Shown here piece after piece: positions 57,101-64,000 of a stretch of 64,000 bases of DNA. The stretch is taken from the NCBI GenBank assembly GCA_002753615.1, contig PEAO01000001.1:28319-92318 (forward strand), written 5' to 3'. The first letter of the stretch is position 1. Every line of letters begins with the position of its first letter. The notes beneath the pieces are model-generated. The model saw only the letters and a program-made list of their open reading frames with translations, made no database searches and was not told the origin of the DNA. The position numbers and the translations under genes were made by a program. This DNA is from Magnetococcales bacterium DCbin2. Lineage in GTDB: Bacteria > Pseudomonadota > Magnetococcia > Magnetococcales > UBA8363.

Positions 57101-57723
57101 ACCGGTTCTTCATATCCGGGGGGGAACAGGTCGATGATGCCGCCACGAGCGGCGAATTCACCCGGTTCTTCGATCTGGGTGGCGGAGCGATAACCGGAGC
57201 TAATCAAAAATTGTTTGAAGGCGGGTAGATCCATCTGATCCGACTCCCGAATGGCAAAGCCATGAGCCGCCAGGAGGTGCCGGGGGATGAGTCTTTGCAT
57301 CAACGCCATGGGGGTGGTGATGATGATGGCCTGTTTTTGTCCCCGTTCATTTTCGGCACGCACCGCACCCAATCCCAACATTTGGGTCAGACGGTACAGG
57401 GTGGCAATCCGTTCCCCGACAATCGGCCCATAAGGTGATAAGGGTTCAAAGGGCAATATCTCCCAGGAGGGAAACGGGAGAATGGTGGTAGGTTTATGGC
57501 GATCCCCCTGGAATAGCAGGAGTTCTCGGTATATCGCCTCGGCGCGGGCGGTCGTCCCGGTGACGATGACCAAGGGGTCGGCCAACCCCTGTGCCCACTC
57601 TTTGGCAAGCAGACTGAGGGTCGCCCCCGGCAGATCGGTCAGGATGCCATGGGGGCGTCCTTTCCGGTGGGGTAGAGTATCCAAGCGTTGGGCAAACAGG
57701 GTGGCAAGTGGGGTTGCGTCCAT
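54160..57723 (-). CDS. mfd: Transcription-repair coupling factor
   Basis: 1187 aa. Helicase motifs LICGDVGFGKTEVA, LLVVDEEQRFGV, TLTATPIPRTL, RGRVGRS. UvrB-homology N-region and TRG motif region. Confidence 0.95.
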   Translation of the reverse strand: MDATPLATLFAQRLDTLPHRKGRPHGILTDLPGATLSLLAKEWAQGLADPLVIVTGTTARAEAIYRELLLFQGDRHKPTTILPFPSWEILPFEPLSPYGPIVGERIATLYRLTQMLGLGAVRAENERGQKQAIIITTPMALMQRLIPRHLLAAHGFAIRESDQMDLPAFKQFLISSGYRSATQIEEPGEFAARGGIIDLFPPGYEEPVRIELFGDQVETIRHFDIHTQRSTQRASRLETLPMSEVLLTEETIRCFRTQYRETFGGQAAQDELYKVISSGAKLQGMERFLPLFYETTDLLTDYLPEGSHVILDTDVEPAAVAFAQKIETQKELLLQEDPAAQRRLLPSDRFYLTASQLMESLDRFHSVGIDNHPSEGGCSLGFEAIPEFLDPVSEEVPAGHSVLDRVVAFIKGEKKRRQRIIVSARSLGQRDRVGELLADHGQKSETALSWHQALTTATNVIQLVIGDLANGFSHSGLGLTVIHEDAILGTRTRRKHTDPNYLDRILASFRNLKEGSFVVHADHGIGCFGGLHTLAVGGIQNDFLLLTYAGSDKLYVPVENLDRVSKYAGSDEVILDKLGGTKWKKTRQKVKKKILEMAAELVAIQAKRETAQGIRFSPPHAADHEFGATFPYEETPDQAQAIEAVLADMTSPHAMDRLICGDVGFGKTEVALRAAFRCVMDGKQVAVLAPTTILAQQHYETFSRRFAPYPVNVAVMSRFRSAKQLTELVEKTREGRTDIIIGTHRLLQEDVGFKDLGLLVVDEEQRFGVVHKEQIKKMRANVDILTLTATPIPRTLHMAMSGIRDISIIATPPTNRLAIRTFVIEYSPSRIREAILREIYRGGQVFYVFNKVQEIERMSHRLLELVPEAKIGIAHGQMPVGRLERIMVSFYRQEFNVLLCTTIIENGVDIPSANTIIIHRADHFGLAQLHQLRGRVGRSRHRAYAYLLTPPIQAQSADARKRLEAIESLEELGSGFMLASQDMEIRGVGNVLGDAQSGHIKEIGFELYNQMLKEAVEAFGAGTVVDAQGEMPEEEIVPMINLSLSTNIPDTYITDMNLRLTLYKRVAELKSSEETAEMKVEFTDRFGPLPTSVENLLKVVSIKRKCVTVKVLKLEAGPKGAVFTFHPQPNIHPPVLIDMIRKGGGSVLFNQDKNLLSFRERNWEDPHARLQHLERILDTLAGKKTAQ

Positions 57724-58078
57724 AATAGGTTAATGCCAACCACCGTCGTTCTGCCTGAACCACCGATCAACGGGGCCATGGGTTGGAGGGTGACGGCTGA
57801 ATCGAAGATCACTGGTCTGATGGATCCATGGGGGATCGGATCGTCTCATACTATATTCATTATATTTCATAATGTTGTACAGGAAAACGCAGGACTGATT
57901 CCCTGTATAAAACGATCGGGAATTAGCCTTTTGCATGAAAACAGCATGTCAGGTCAACGAGAGGTACTACCGAACATTGCAGCAGCCGCCCGGAATCCCA
58001 GAGTTCAACCATGGCGGGCCACAGGCTACTTGAATTTTGGGATTTAGGCAATGCTATCAATTGAGACGAGTTCCTTTT

Positions 58079-58112
58079 GGGGGGTATAAGCCCCCCCCTA
58101 CGATTTTTTTTT
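58079..58112. terminator. G6-loop-C8 hairpin followed by a T9 run
   Basis: gggggg-tataag-cccccccc then tacg-ttttttttt on the + strand, about 25 nt beyond the stop of the 1290-aa minus-strand gene. The U-tract sits on the + strand, so the direction of action is unclear. Confidence 0.35.
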
Positions 58113-58134
58113 GTCGGATTGCGGTCACGCTACG

Positions 58135-61100
58135 TTATCCTTTTTCCCACCTCTTCATGATCTGTTTGAATTGGGTCAGATCAATGATGGCTCCATCTTC
58201 TTTAGCATAGTTAACATCCTTGAGAAATTCTTTGAGGAACTGACTCATGAACAGATGGCGGCGCTTGGCCAATTTCTGGCTTGCAGGCAGGTTGAGGTGA
58301 TCGGTCAAATTGAGCAACTTTTCATAAAAGTGGGTGATGGCAGAACGGTAACGGTCGAAGCCCTTGCCATAGGGATTTCCCAACTCTTTCAGCGTACGTG
58401 GGGTTTCCTTAAAATTATAAATGCCCCGGTTTTTCCTGAAGGCAAAACAGCGTGCGATGCCAATGGCACCGATCGCATCGATCCGGTCTGCATCCTCCAG
58501 AAGCTTGCATATAGTACGATCAATCACACTTTCCAACTTTGCCCAGCGGTTCTCCTTGTCGGTTTTGTTGACGTAATCTTCAAAAGAGGTACACATCACA
58601 ATTTCTTTAACGCGCTCGATGGTTGCCTGACTCAGGTTCCATGCCTCCATTTCCGGTGTCAGGAACTCAATCACCATCTTGTCACGTTGATCCGCGCTAT
58701 CCAAGGTTATCTTGCTATCCCCGAGATCGTGAAGCAGGCAAGCGGCCTGAAAAACATCAAGATCGACTTCTTTGAACAGAAACCCCTCTTCTTTGGCAAT
58801 GTCTCTCGCCAGATCCCTTACCCGAATGAAGTGGTCGATCGCATGGCTCGGATCGGAAGTTTCTGGAAGAAGGGCCTTTAGTTTCCGCTCAATTTTTTCT
58901 CCCAGGCTCAATTCTTTGGGATTGAAAGTTTTTTCGTTGTAGAGGCATTTCTCGTTGGGACAATTCTGGAGAAAATGATTATTCTTTCCAATACACAGAA
59001 CCTGGGAGAACTTCCGTGACCCATCCCCGACATGAGTGAGGCAGGTACTTTGGGTCATGAGAGACAATGCGCAGGGGCTGGAGAGAAAAACAGTGGGTCT
59101 TTCCCTGCCTGATCGCCACCCGTTGTTTATTTCATCTCCCAGGATCCATTTTTTTATATCGGGTACCCAGTCGAACACATGGGCCACCTCGTTTGTACCG
59201 GTGGGATGTTTCTGGTCACTGTTGTGGGCACTGTAAGTCTCATACTGCCGCATGAAATTGTAGGGACCATCGGCAAGTTTATGAAGATTAACATCTTTTT
59301 TATTATTTAAAGACCAAAGCGCCATCTTGTGAGATATGCTTCGGGTCATGTAAGCGGAGCCGACGACAATCACCTTGCATTGGGCTAACAGCCCAGAGAG
59401 TTCCGTGTCGGTATCGGTTATTCCGGGCAGAAAGGGTTTTACATAGGGGATGACATGCATTCCGTATTCTTGAAGAAGCCCTTCTTCATCCTGATGCTTG
59501 GCAATAGTAGAGAGGTCTTCTTTTAATCTTTCTGCACGCTTCTCTCCCGGTGTACAGGATTCGAGGGTATTGGCATGTTTGACGGTGGAAAGTGAATAGA
59601 AAATCACGATTCTTCCACGTATCATTCTTGTGACGTCGGTTTGACTGTATTGCTTTTGTCCCTCATGTTCCCTGTCGATCAATGTTTTTTCAATGGATGC
59701 CTTTAGCCGTGCAACCGTGTCCAGGGATTCCTTGGTGGCAATCTGGATGATATTTTTTGTCTCATAACGCAAAAAGTGTTCAAGCAGTAGAGACAGGACG
59801 GTCACCGTGGTGTTGAAGTTTAAACCGGCACTCAGAGGATCATTGCTGTTTCCGAAGGAGAAGATAAAATCATCTACCTGCATTTTGTTTCTCAAACTTT
59901 TATACTCTTCAACGAAGACTTTCTTATCCATTTTCTCAGGGGGAATGTGGTCACTAATGCAGTATTGACAGCCCCTTTTGCAGATATCGCCGTAGTTGAT
60001 GAATAGCCGGTGTTCCTGATCGAACGGAGGTTTATAGAAATATTTGTATTTTTCCTTGTGCATCACCTCCAGCGAATTGACGTTTCCTGAAGAGAGGATG
60101 CGGTAGAACTCGTCCTTGTGTTTGCCCTCTGCCGTCCATTCGTGCATGCCCAATTCATCCCGGATGCTCTCTAATTCTATTGGACAGTCCGTGCGTTTGT
60201 CATTCTTTTTTACTTTGTCGAGGTAGACTACCAAACCCGATGGTCGGGCAAGATCGGACATTCGGGAAGCCAAGTTGGCTGCATTTCCCGAAAAGTGGTA
60301 TTCATGTTGCTGTGTGCCTTCGATGGCGCATTCAATCCGTTCCAGCGTACCATAGGCGATTCCGATCCCTACTCCCAGACTTTCTCGCGCCATTTCTCCA
60401 AGAAAACGTCTGGCACCCCGGATCAATTTGGCTAGAACAGGAAGCCAGTCTTTCGGACCATGGTTATGCGGGTCAAAGTACTTGGCCATGATATAACCAT
60501 CACCGGAATAGTTGATATCATCCATATGGTCGGCCAAGTGAATCTGAATCATTTCTTTCAGTTTTGACATGACTCTCTTGGGTCTTTTCTGTTCACCATC
60601 TTGGGTTTCAAGATTGGCCTTCGTCCAACCCCTCAAATCGACACATACCGATATAGCGTCCTTGGTGGTAATATCATCCGGCTTTCCCAAAATCTGATGT
60701 TTTTTGGCAAACTGAGATTCGTATCCATTGATAATTTTACTGGTTGTATCATTCAGTCTTTCCCAATTTCCCGAACCAACAGACGCATTTTTGAAAAATC
60801 TCATTATATGATCAATGTTTTTCTTCGTTGAATCCAAAAGCTCATAACTTCCAAGGAGTCTTGGAAGTTTTTTCTTGATATCTTCTTCCACTTTTGCCCA
60901 GTGGTTCTCATGAAGATCTTCAATAATATCTATGAGAAATGTCTTGAGTTCCGTTTTATAGTCATGGCTGTGTTCGACCGCATTCCTGTATTTCTCAATG
61001 AGTGGAACTATATATGTTTTATAAATAAAATCGACATCAGCTTTATTTTTTGGATCATTTTTTGCCAGTTCTACAAATACTTGGAAAAAATGCACAAGAT

Positions 61101-62007
61101 AATACTCATTCTTATCTTCTCCAAGCAGTTCCAAGCATATTCTAAAGCATTCACCAGCATTCCCTAGACGGTCGTTTCTGTTTTCTCTAACATCATCACT
61201 CAAAAAATAATGAAAGTGTCCTAAACTGAACTGAACCATATAGGTATTAAAATCAGAGGTGGCAAGTTCAAATTCATGTGTGATTTTACCAATAATGTCA
61301 GCTCTGTTGGCTTGATCTTTCATTCCCATGAAATAGTATCGGCGTAGGAATGTTGCATGATGTTTATGCGAAAAATGGAGAATATGTTTCTTTTCTACTT
61401 CTGAAAGTTCGTGACCAAGACCTTCCATATTTAACAAATCATGAAACAAATATCTTGCTCTAATGAAATCACCAGAGTTCTGAGTGGCCACGATTTTGCC
61501 ATCCAGAGATAAGAGATAAAGATAGGGATGTCTCTGTTTGCCCAGGGTTTCCATGATATGATCGAATAGAGAAATAGCCCGGGCCTGATAGCCAAGCTTG
61601 TCCAAAAAACGTCCAACTTCATAGCAGATTGATTCAATGGATTTTTCGATATTATCGCCATATTCTTGTTTTGCTTGATGATACGCTTGATTCCACAATG
61701 AAGGCTCCAGAAGCTTGCCAACAAAACGGTATTCCATTTCTTTGGGATCGCCTCCATTACTACGCGCACATTTCTTAATGCATTCCTCAAGATGGTACCC
61801 ACACTGCCGCCTTAGGGTCTCCAACAGGTGTTCCGTATGAACATTCTCCAGGGGAACCAGCGCGAGATAGGTGATAAATGCCCGTGGCAGATTTTTAAGG
61901 CAATTTAAGCCATGACCGGAGAAGGCTGCGTTTACTTTTTCTCGAATATGTATTAAGTAATTTCCACCAAATTTTTCCCCCATGATTTCGTCTATTCTAA
62001 CATCCAT
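58135..62007 (-). CDS. 1290-aa fusion protein: helical N-domain, class III nucleotidyl cyclase, SplB-like radical SAM domain, Cys-rich linker, HD phosphohydrolase
   Basis: Strong RBS (ggagggg) 4-5 nt upstream of ATG 62007. Domain motifs are listed in the three sub-feature entries. No neighbouring gene on the same strand is close enough to form an operon. Confidence 0.8.
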   Translation of the reverse strand: MDVRIDEIMGEKFGGNYLIHIREKVNAAFSGHGLNCLKNLPRAFITYLALVPLENVHTEHLLETLRRQCGYHLEECIKKCARSNGGDPKEMEYRFVGKLLEPSLWNQAYHQAKQEYGDNIEKSIESICYEVGRFLDKLGYQARAISLFDHIMETLGKQRHPYLYLLSLDGKIVATQNSGDFIRARYLFHDLLNMEGLGHELSEVEKKHILHFSHKHHATFLRRYYFMGMKDQANRADIIGKITHEFELATSDFNTYMVQFSLGHFHYFLSDDVRENRNDRLGNAGECFRICLELLGEDKNEYYLVHFFQVFVELAKNDPKNKADVDFIYKTYIVPLIEKYRNAVEHSHDYKTELKTFLIDIIEDLHENHWAKVEEDIKKKLPRLLGSYELLDSTKKNIDHIMRFFKNASVGSGNWERLNDTTSKIINGYESQFAKKHQILGKPDDITTKDAISVCVDLRGWTKANLETQDGEQKRPKRVMSKLKEMIQIHLADHMDDINYSGDGYIMAKYFDPHNHGPKDWLPVLAKLIRGARRFLGEMARESLGVGIGIAYGTLERIECAIEGTQQHEYHFSGNAANLASRMSDLARPSGLVVYLDKVKKNDKRTDCPIELESIRDELGMHEWTAEGKHKDEFYRILSSGNVNSLEVMHKEKYKYFYKPPFDQEHRLFINYGDICKRGCQYCISDHIPPEKMDKKVFVEEYKSLRNKMQVDDFIFSFGNSNDPLSAGLNFNTTVTVLSLLLEHFLRYETKNIIQIATKESLDTVARLKASIEKTLIDREHEGQKQYSQTDVTRMIRGRIVIFYSLSTVKHANTLESCTPGEKRAERLKEDLSTIAKHQDEEGLLQEYGMHVIPYVKPFLPGITDTDTELSGLLAQCKVIVVGSAYMTRSISHKMALWSLNNKKDVNLHKLADGPYNFMRQYETYSAHNSDQKHPTGTNEVAHVFDWVPDIKKWILGDEINNGWRSGRERPTVFLSSPCALSLMTQSTCLTHVGDGSRKFSQVLCIGKNNHFLQNCPNEKCLYNEKTFNPKELSLGEKIERKLKALLPETSDPSHAIDHFIRVRDLARDIAKEEGFLFKEVDLDVFQAACLLHDLGDSKITLDSADQRDKMVIEFLTPEMEAWNLSQATIERVKEIVMCTSFEDYVNKTDKENRWAKLESVIDRTICKLLEDADRIDAIGAIGIARCFAFRKNRGIYNFKETPRTLKELGNPYGKGFDRYRSAITHFYEKLLNLTDHLNLPASQKLAKRRHLFMSQFLKEFLKDVNYAKEDGAIIDLTQFKQIMKRWEKG
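58408..58860 (-). other. HD-domain phosphohydrolase (YpgQ/YedJ-like; aa ~1050-1200)
   Basis: SHAIDHFIRVRDLARDIA ... AACLLHDLGD ... LEDADRIDAIGAIGIARCF gives the H...HD...D metal-ligand pattern. Confidence 0.75.
59338..60015 (-). other. Radical SAM domain, SplB / COG1533-like (aa ~665-890)
   Basis: FINYGDICKRGCQYCISD contains CX3CX2C (Cys676/680/683; nt ~59959-59982). The following FSFGNSNDPL resembles the GT.TDPY motif of the DNA-repair-photolyase-like radical SAM family. Confidence 0.65.
60208..60660 (-). other. Class III nucleotidyl cyclase homology domain (aa ~450-600)
   Basis: SVCVDLRGWTK (first metal Asp), NYSGDGYIMAKYF (second metal Asp, no Lys at the usual purine-specifying position), GVGIGIAYGT, FSGNAANLASRM (Asn...Arg pair intact). 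Confidence 0.7.
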
Positions 62008-62484
62008 TTTCCCCTCCAGATTTATGTCAGGATTGTAAAATTAAGTAAAGGTTTTAAGCGTCACGCATAACCACAAATACCAAAGGATTGTTGTATACCA
62101 TACTGGCAATGAAATTAACACCGAAAAATATTCCAGAAGAGGAAAAAATTATCAATATTTTTGTATTCCTCCGCAACGATGAGTTGGTTGACCTTCCCCA
62201 CGTGTGACGCATGAGATTTAATATTATTATTTTACGAATGACAAATATATAAATTTTAGGTTTGACAACAATCTTGAGGGCGGAGAGGCAACCAAGACTG
62301 CATGAAATTGGATTTTTTGAACGATTTATATTTTAGTATTGTGCCTGTGCATCGCCAAGGCAAGAAGATCAGGTAGTTTCGCATAAAACATGACAACTGC
62401 GTGTCATTCTGTCAGAATGATGCGAAACTGTTTGCTTTTTGATTGTTTCTTTTAGAAGCCACGCCATTCTTCGGGAGCCAGGTT

Positions 62485-63693
62485 ATGAAACGTCGTGCAT
62501 TCATTCAATCATCCGCTCTGGCGGCCACCGCCATGGTGGTGGGAACCCCGGCTCAGGGGGAGGAATCACCGGTGCGAGCGGACGTTCGCCGCTTTCGTGA
62601 TTTGGGTAAAACCGGAATCGCCATGAGTGACATCTCCTTTGGTGCCGGGAGCGTCCCTTCCGGTTCCCTCATACTGCGTGCCATCGATCGGGGAATCAAC
62701 TATTTTGACACCGCCCCCGATTATGGCCCCAGTGAAGATCGTTTTGGCGAAGTCATGAAACGGATCAAAGATCGGGAAAAGATTAAAATTGCTTCCAAAT
62801 TTTGCCACCCCGTCCCCTACCAGGAGGGTAAAAGTCACCTAGCTCTGGGAACCAGCGTCCATGACTATATTGCCTCTGTGGATAACAGCCTTAAACGGAT
62901 GAGGACCGATTATTTGGATGCCGTTTTTGTACACGCCATCGGGGAAAGGAATGATCTGGAGGGGGAAAAAGGGCGCATGTTGGACGAAAACATGCTGAAC
63001 GCCACAGAAAAACTAAAAAAAGCGGGTAAGGTTCGGCATCTGGCGGTATCCTCTCACGGTCCACACAACATGGAACCCCTCATGGTGGAAGCGGTCAATT
63101 CGGGCCATTTTGATTGGATCATGATTGCGTTCAACTTTATGAAATTTCCCCGTATCCCCGATATTTTGCGCCTGGCCAAACAAAAGGGGGTGGGGGTCAT
63201 CGCCATGAAAACCCTCGCGGGGGCCAAGGAGAGCGGTGCCAAACTGGATGTGGGACAGTTTGAACAGGCGGCCTTGAAATGGGTTTTAAACCATGAAGAA
63301 ATCGCCGGATTGGTGATTACCTTCAAATCGGCCCAGGATTTGGATCTTTACCTGCCCGCTTCTGGACAAACTTTGACCGCCAGGGATCAAAAAGCTCTGG
63401 ATCATTATGCGGCACTCCACGGGGATCAATACTGCCGTACCGGCTGTGGTGATTGCTCTGGCGTGTGTGACCATCAGGTCGATATCGCCACCATCCTGCG
63501 CTATAACATGTATTTTAGCGATTATCGGGATGAAAAACGGGCGATGGAATCCTATGCCAGACTGCCGCAGTCGGCCCGTCCATGTCTGGATTGTCGCACA
63601 CAGGCTTGTGCCGGTCTTTGTCCCCACGGTTTGGATGTGGTGGCGCAACTGCGCCAAGCACATCACCATTTGACGTTGACCGGTGTGGCGTAA
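62485..63693 (+). CDS. Tat-signal aldo/keto reductase with C-terminal Cys-rich (Fe-S-like) extension
   Basis: MKRRAFIQSSALAATAMVVGTPAQG twin-arginine signal with RBS gggag upstream. AKR motifs GINYFDTAPDYG, VFVHAI. C-terminal CRTGCGDCSGVC ... CLDCRTQACAGLCPHG. Confidence 0.8.
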   Translation: MKRRAFIQSSALAATAMVVGTPAQGEESPVRADVRRFRDLGKTGIAMSDISFGAGSVPSGSLILRAIDRGINYFDTAPDYGPSEDRFGEVMKRIKDREKIKIASKFCHPVPYQEGKSHLALGTSVHDYIASVDNSLKRMRTDYLDAVFVHAIGERNDLEGEKGRMLDENMLNATEKLKKAGKVRHLAVSSHGPHNMEPLMVEAVNSGHFDWIMIAFNFMKFPRIPDILRLAKQKGVGVIAMKTLAGAKESGAKLDVGQFEQAALKWVLNHEEIAGLVITFKSAQDLDLYLPASGQTLTARDQKALDHYAALHGDQYCRTGCGDCSGVCDHQVDIATILRYNMYFSDYRDEKRAMESYARLPQSARPCLDCRTQACAGLCPHGLDVVAQLRQAHHHLTLTGVA

Positions 63694-63744
63694 GATCGAC
63701 CGAAATGAACCGATAACGACCCTGTTTTCCAGGCAAAGAAGATT

Positions 63745-64000
63745 ATGCCCGCATCGAATGAACCCCACCCCTGGATTCGGGTCGTATTGCTCCTCATCCT
63801 TGGGTTATTAGCCCTGGGGATTGGGTATGACGGGCAGCGGTATGACCCTGGACTGCTTGATTTTTCCAAAGGGGATCGGTCGGGGGCGGCGATGGATACC
63901 TCCTGGATTCCCGAGCAATTGCCCCCGCTGTCTCGTGTGGGACCGTTGCGCCATTTCACCCGGGATAACCTGTTTGAATACGTCAATGGCCATGCCGAGT
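63745..64000 (+). CDS. 5' fragment of a membrane-anchored hypothetical protein (runs off window)
   Basis: ATG 63745, open to the window end. MPASNEPHPWIRVVLLLILGLLALGIGY... carries an N-terminal TM. Not in the ORF track because no stop is reached. Confidence 0.4.
   Translation, partial: MPASNEPHPWIRVVLLLILGLLALGIGYDGQRYDPGLLDFSKGDRSGAAMDTSWIPEQLPPLSRVGPLRHFTRDNLFEYVNGHAE

Noticed and set aside
57688-58047. 119-aa + strand ORF in the spacer upstream of mfd
   Set aside because: It starts inside mfd in antisense, has no RBS or motif, and the region is more plausibly the mfd promoter and the neighbouring gene's terminator.
62109-62207. 32-codon + strand ORF in the AT-rich spacer upstream of the cyclase-rSAM-HD gene
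   Set aside because: It has no Shine-Dalgarno sequence, is very short, and has no supporting features.

Overview
64-kb chromosomal window from a Gram-negative, proteobacterium-like genome (moderate GC by eye; taxon not identifiable from the sequence alone). About 45 protein-coding genes are supportable. I found no rRNA, tRNA, CRISPR array, transposase or integrase. Layout: (1) 1-217 is the 3' end of a GGDEF gene. (2) 0.9-23.5 kb is one 16-gene, + strand, virtually gap-free array. It encodes a divergent type II secretion / type IV filament machine: secretin, lipoprotein, pilin, GspE/PilB ATPase with a ~365-aa N-extension, GspF/PilC platform, four more prepilin-like genes, and GspL/M-like membrane proteins. 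Inside the array sits a 1186-aa WD40-like / degenerate ROC-COR-like / Zn-ribbon / class III nucleotidyl cyclase protein. At its 3' end are a Trypco1-like small protein, a trypsin-like protease, a MoxR-type AAA+ ATPase and a polytopic membrane protein ending in an FGE/SUMF1 domain. (3) 23.7-31.0 kb, - strand: DUF2461 protein, B12-binding radical SAM enzyme, 1670-aa repeat adhesin. (4) Housekeeping genes: dinB, gyrA, serS, gmhB, FkpA-like PPIase, aspartate aminotransferase, mfd. (5) 38.5-39.3 and 42.6-52.4 kb: nonulosonic-acid / flagellin-glycosylation genes, including one Maf-type and two tandem TPR-GT transferases. (6) 58.1-62.0 kb: an isolated, visibly AT-rich 1290-aa gene fusing a helical N-domain, a class III nucleotidyl cyclase, a SplB-like radical SAM domain and an HD phosphohydrolase. 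(7) A Tat-signal aldo/keto reductase with a C-terminal Fe-S motif. The best candidates for an undescribed system are the T2SS-like / cyclase / protease-MoxR-FGE super-operon and the cyclase-radical SAM-HD fusion. All domain calls come from motif recognition by eye, not database searches. CDS ends follow the supplied ORF track; starts were adjusted where an internal start fits the upstream stop or RBS better. Motif coordinates counted by eye may be off by 1-2 nt.
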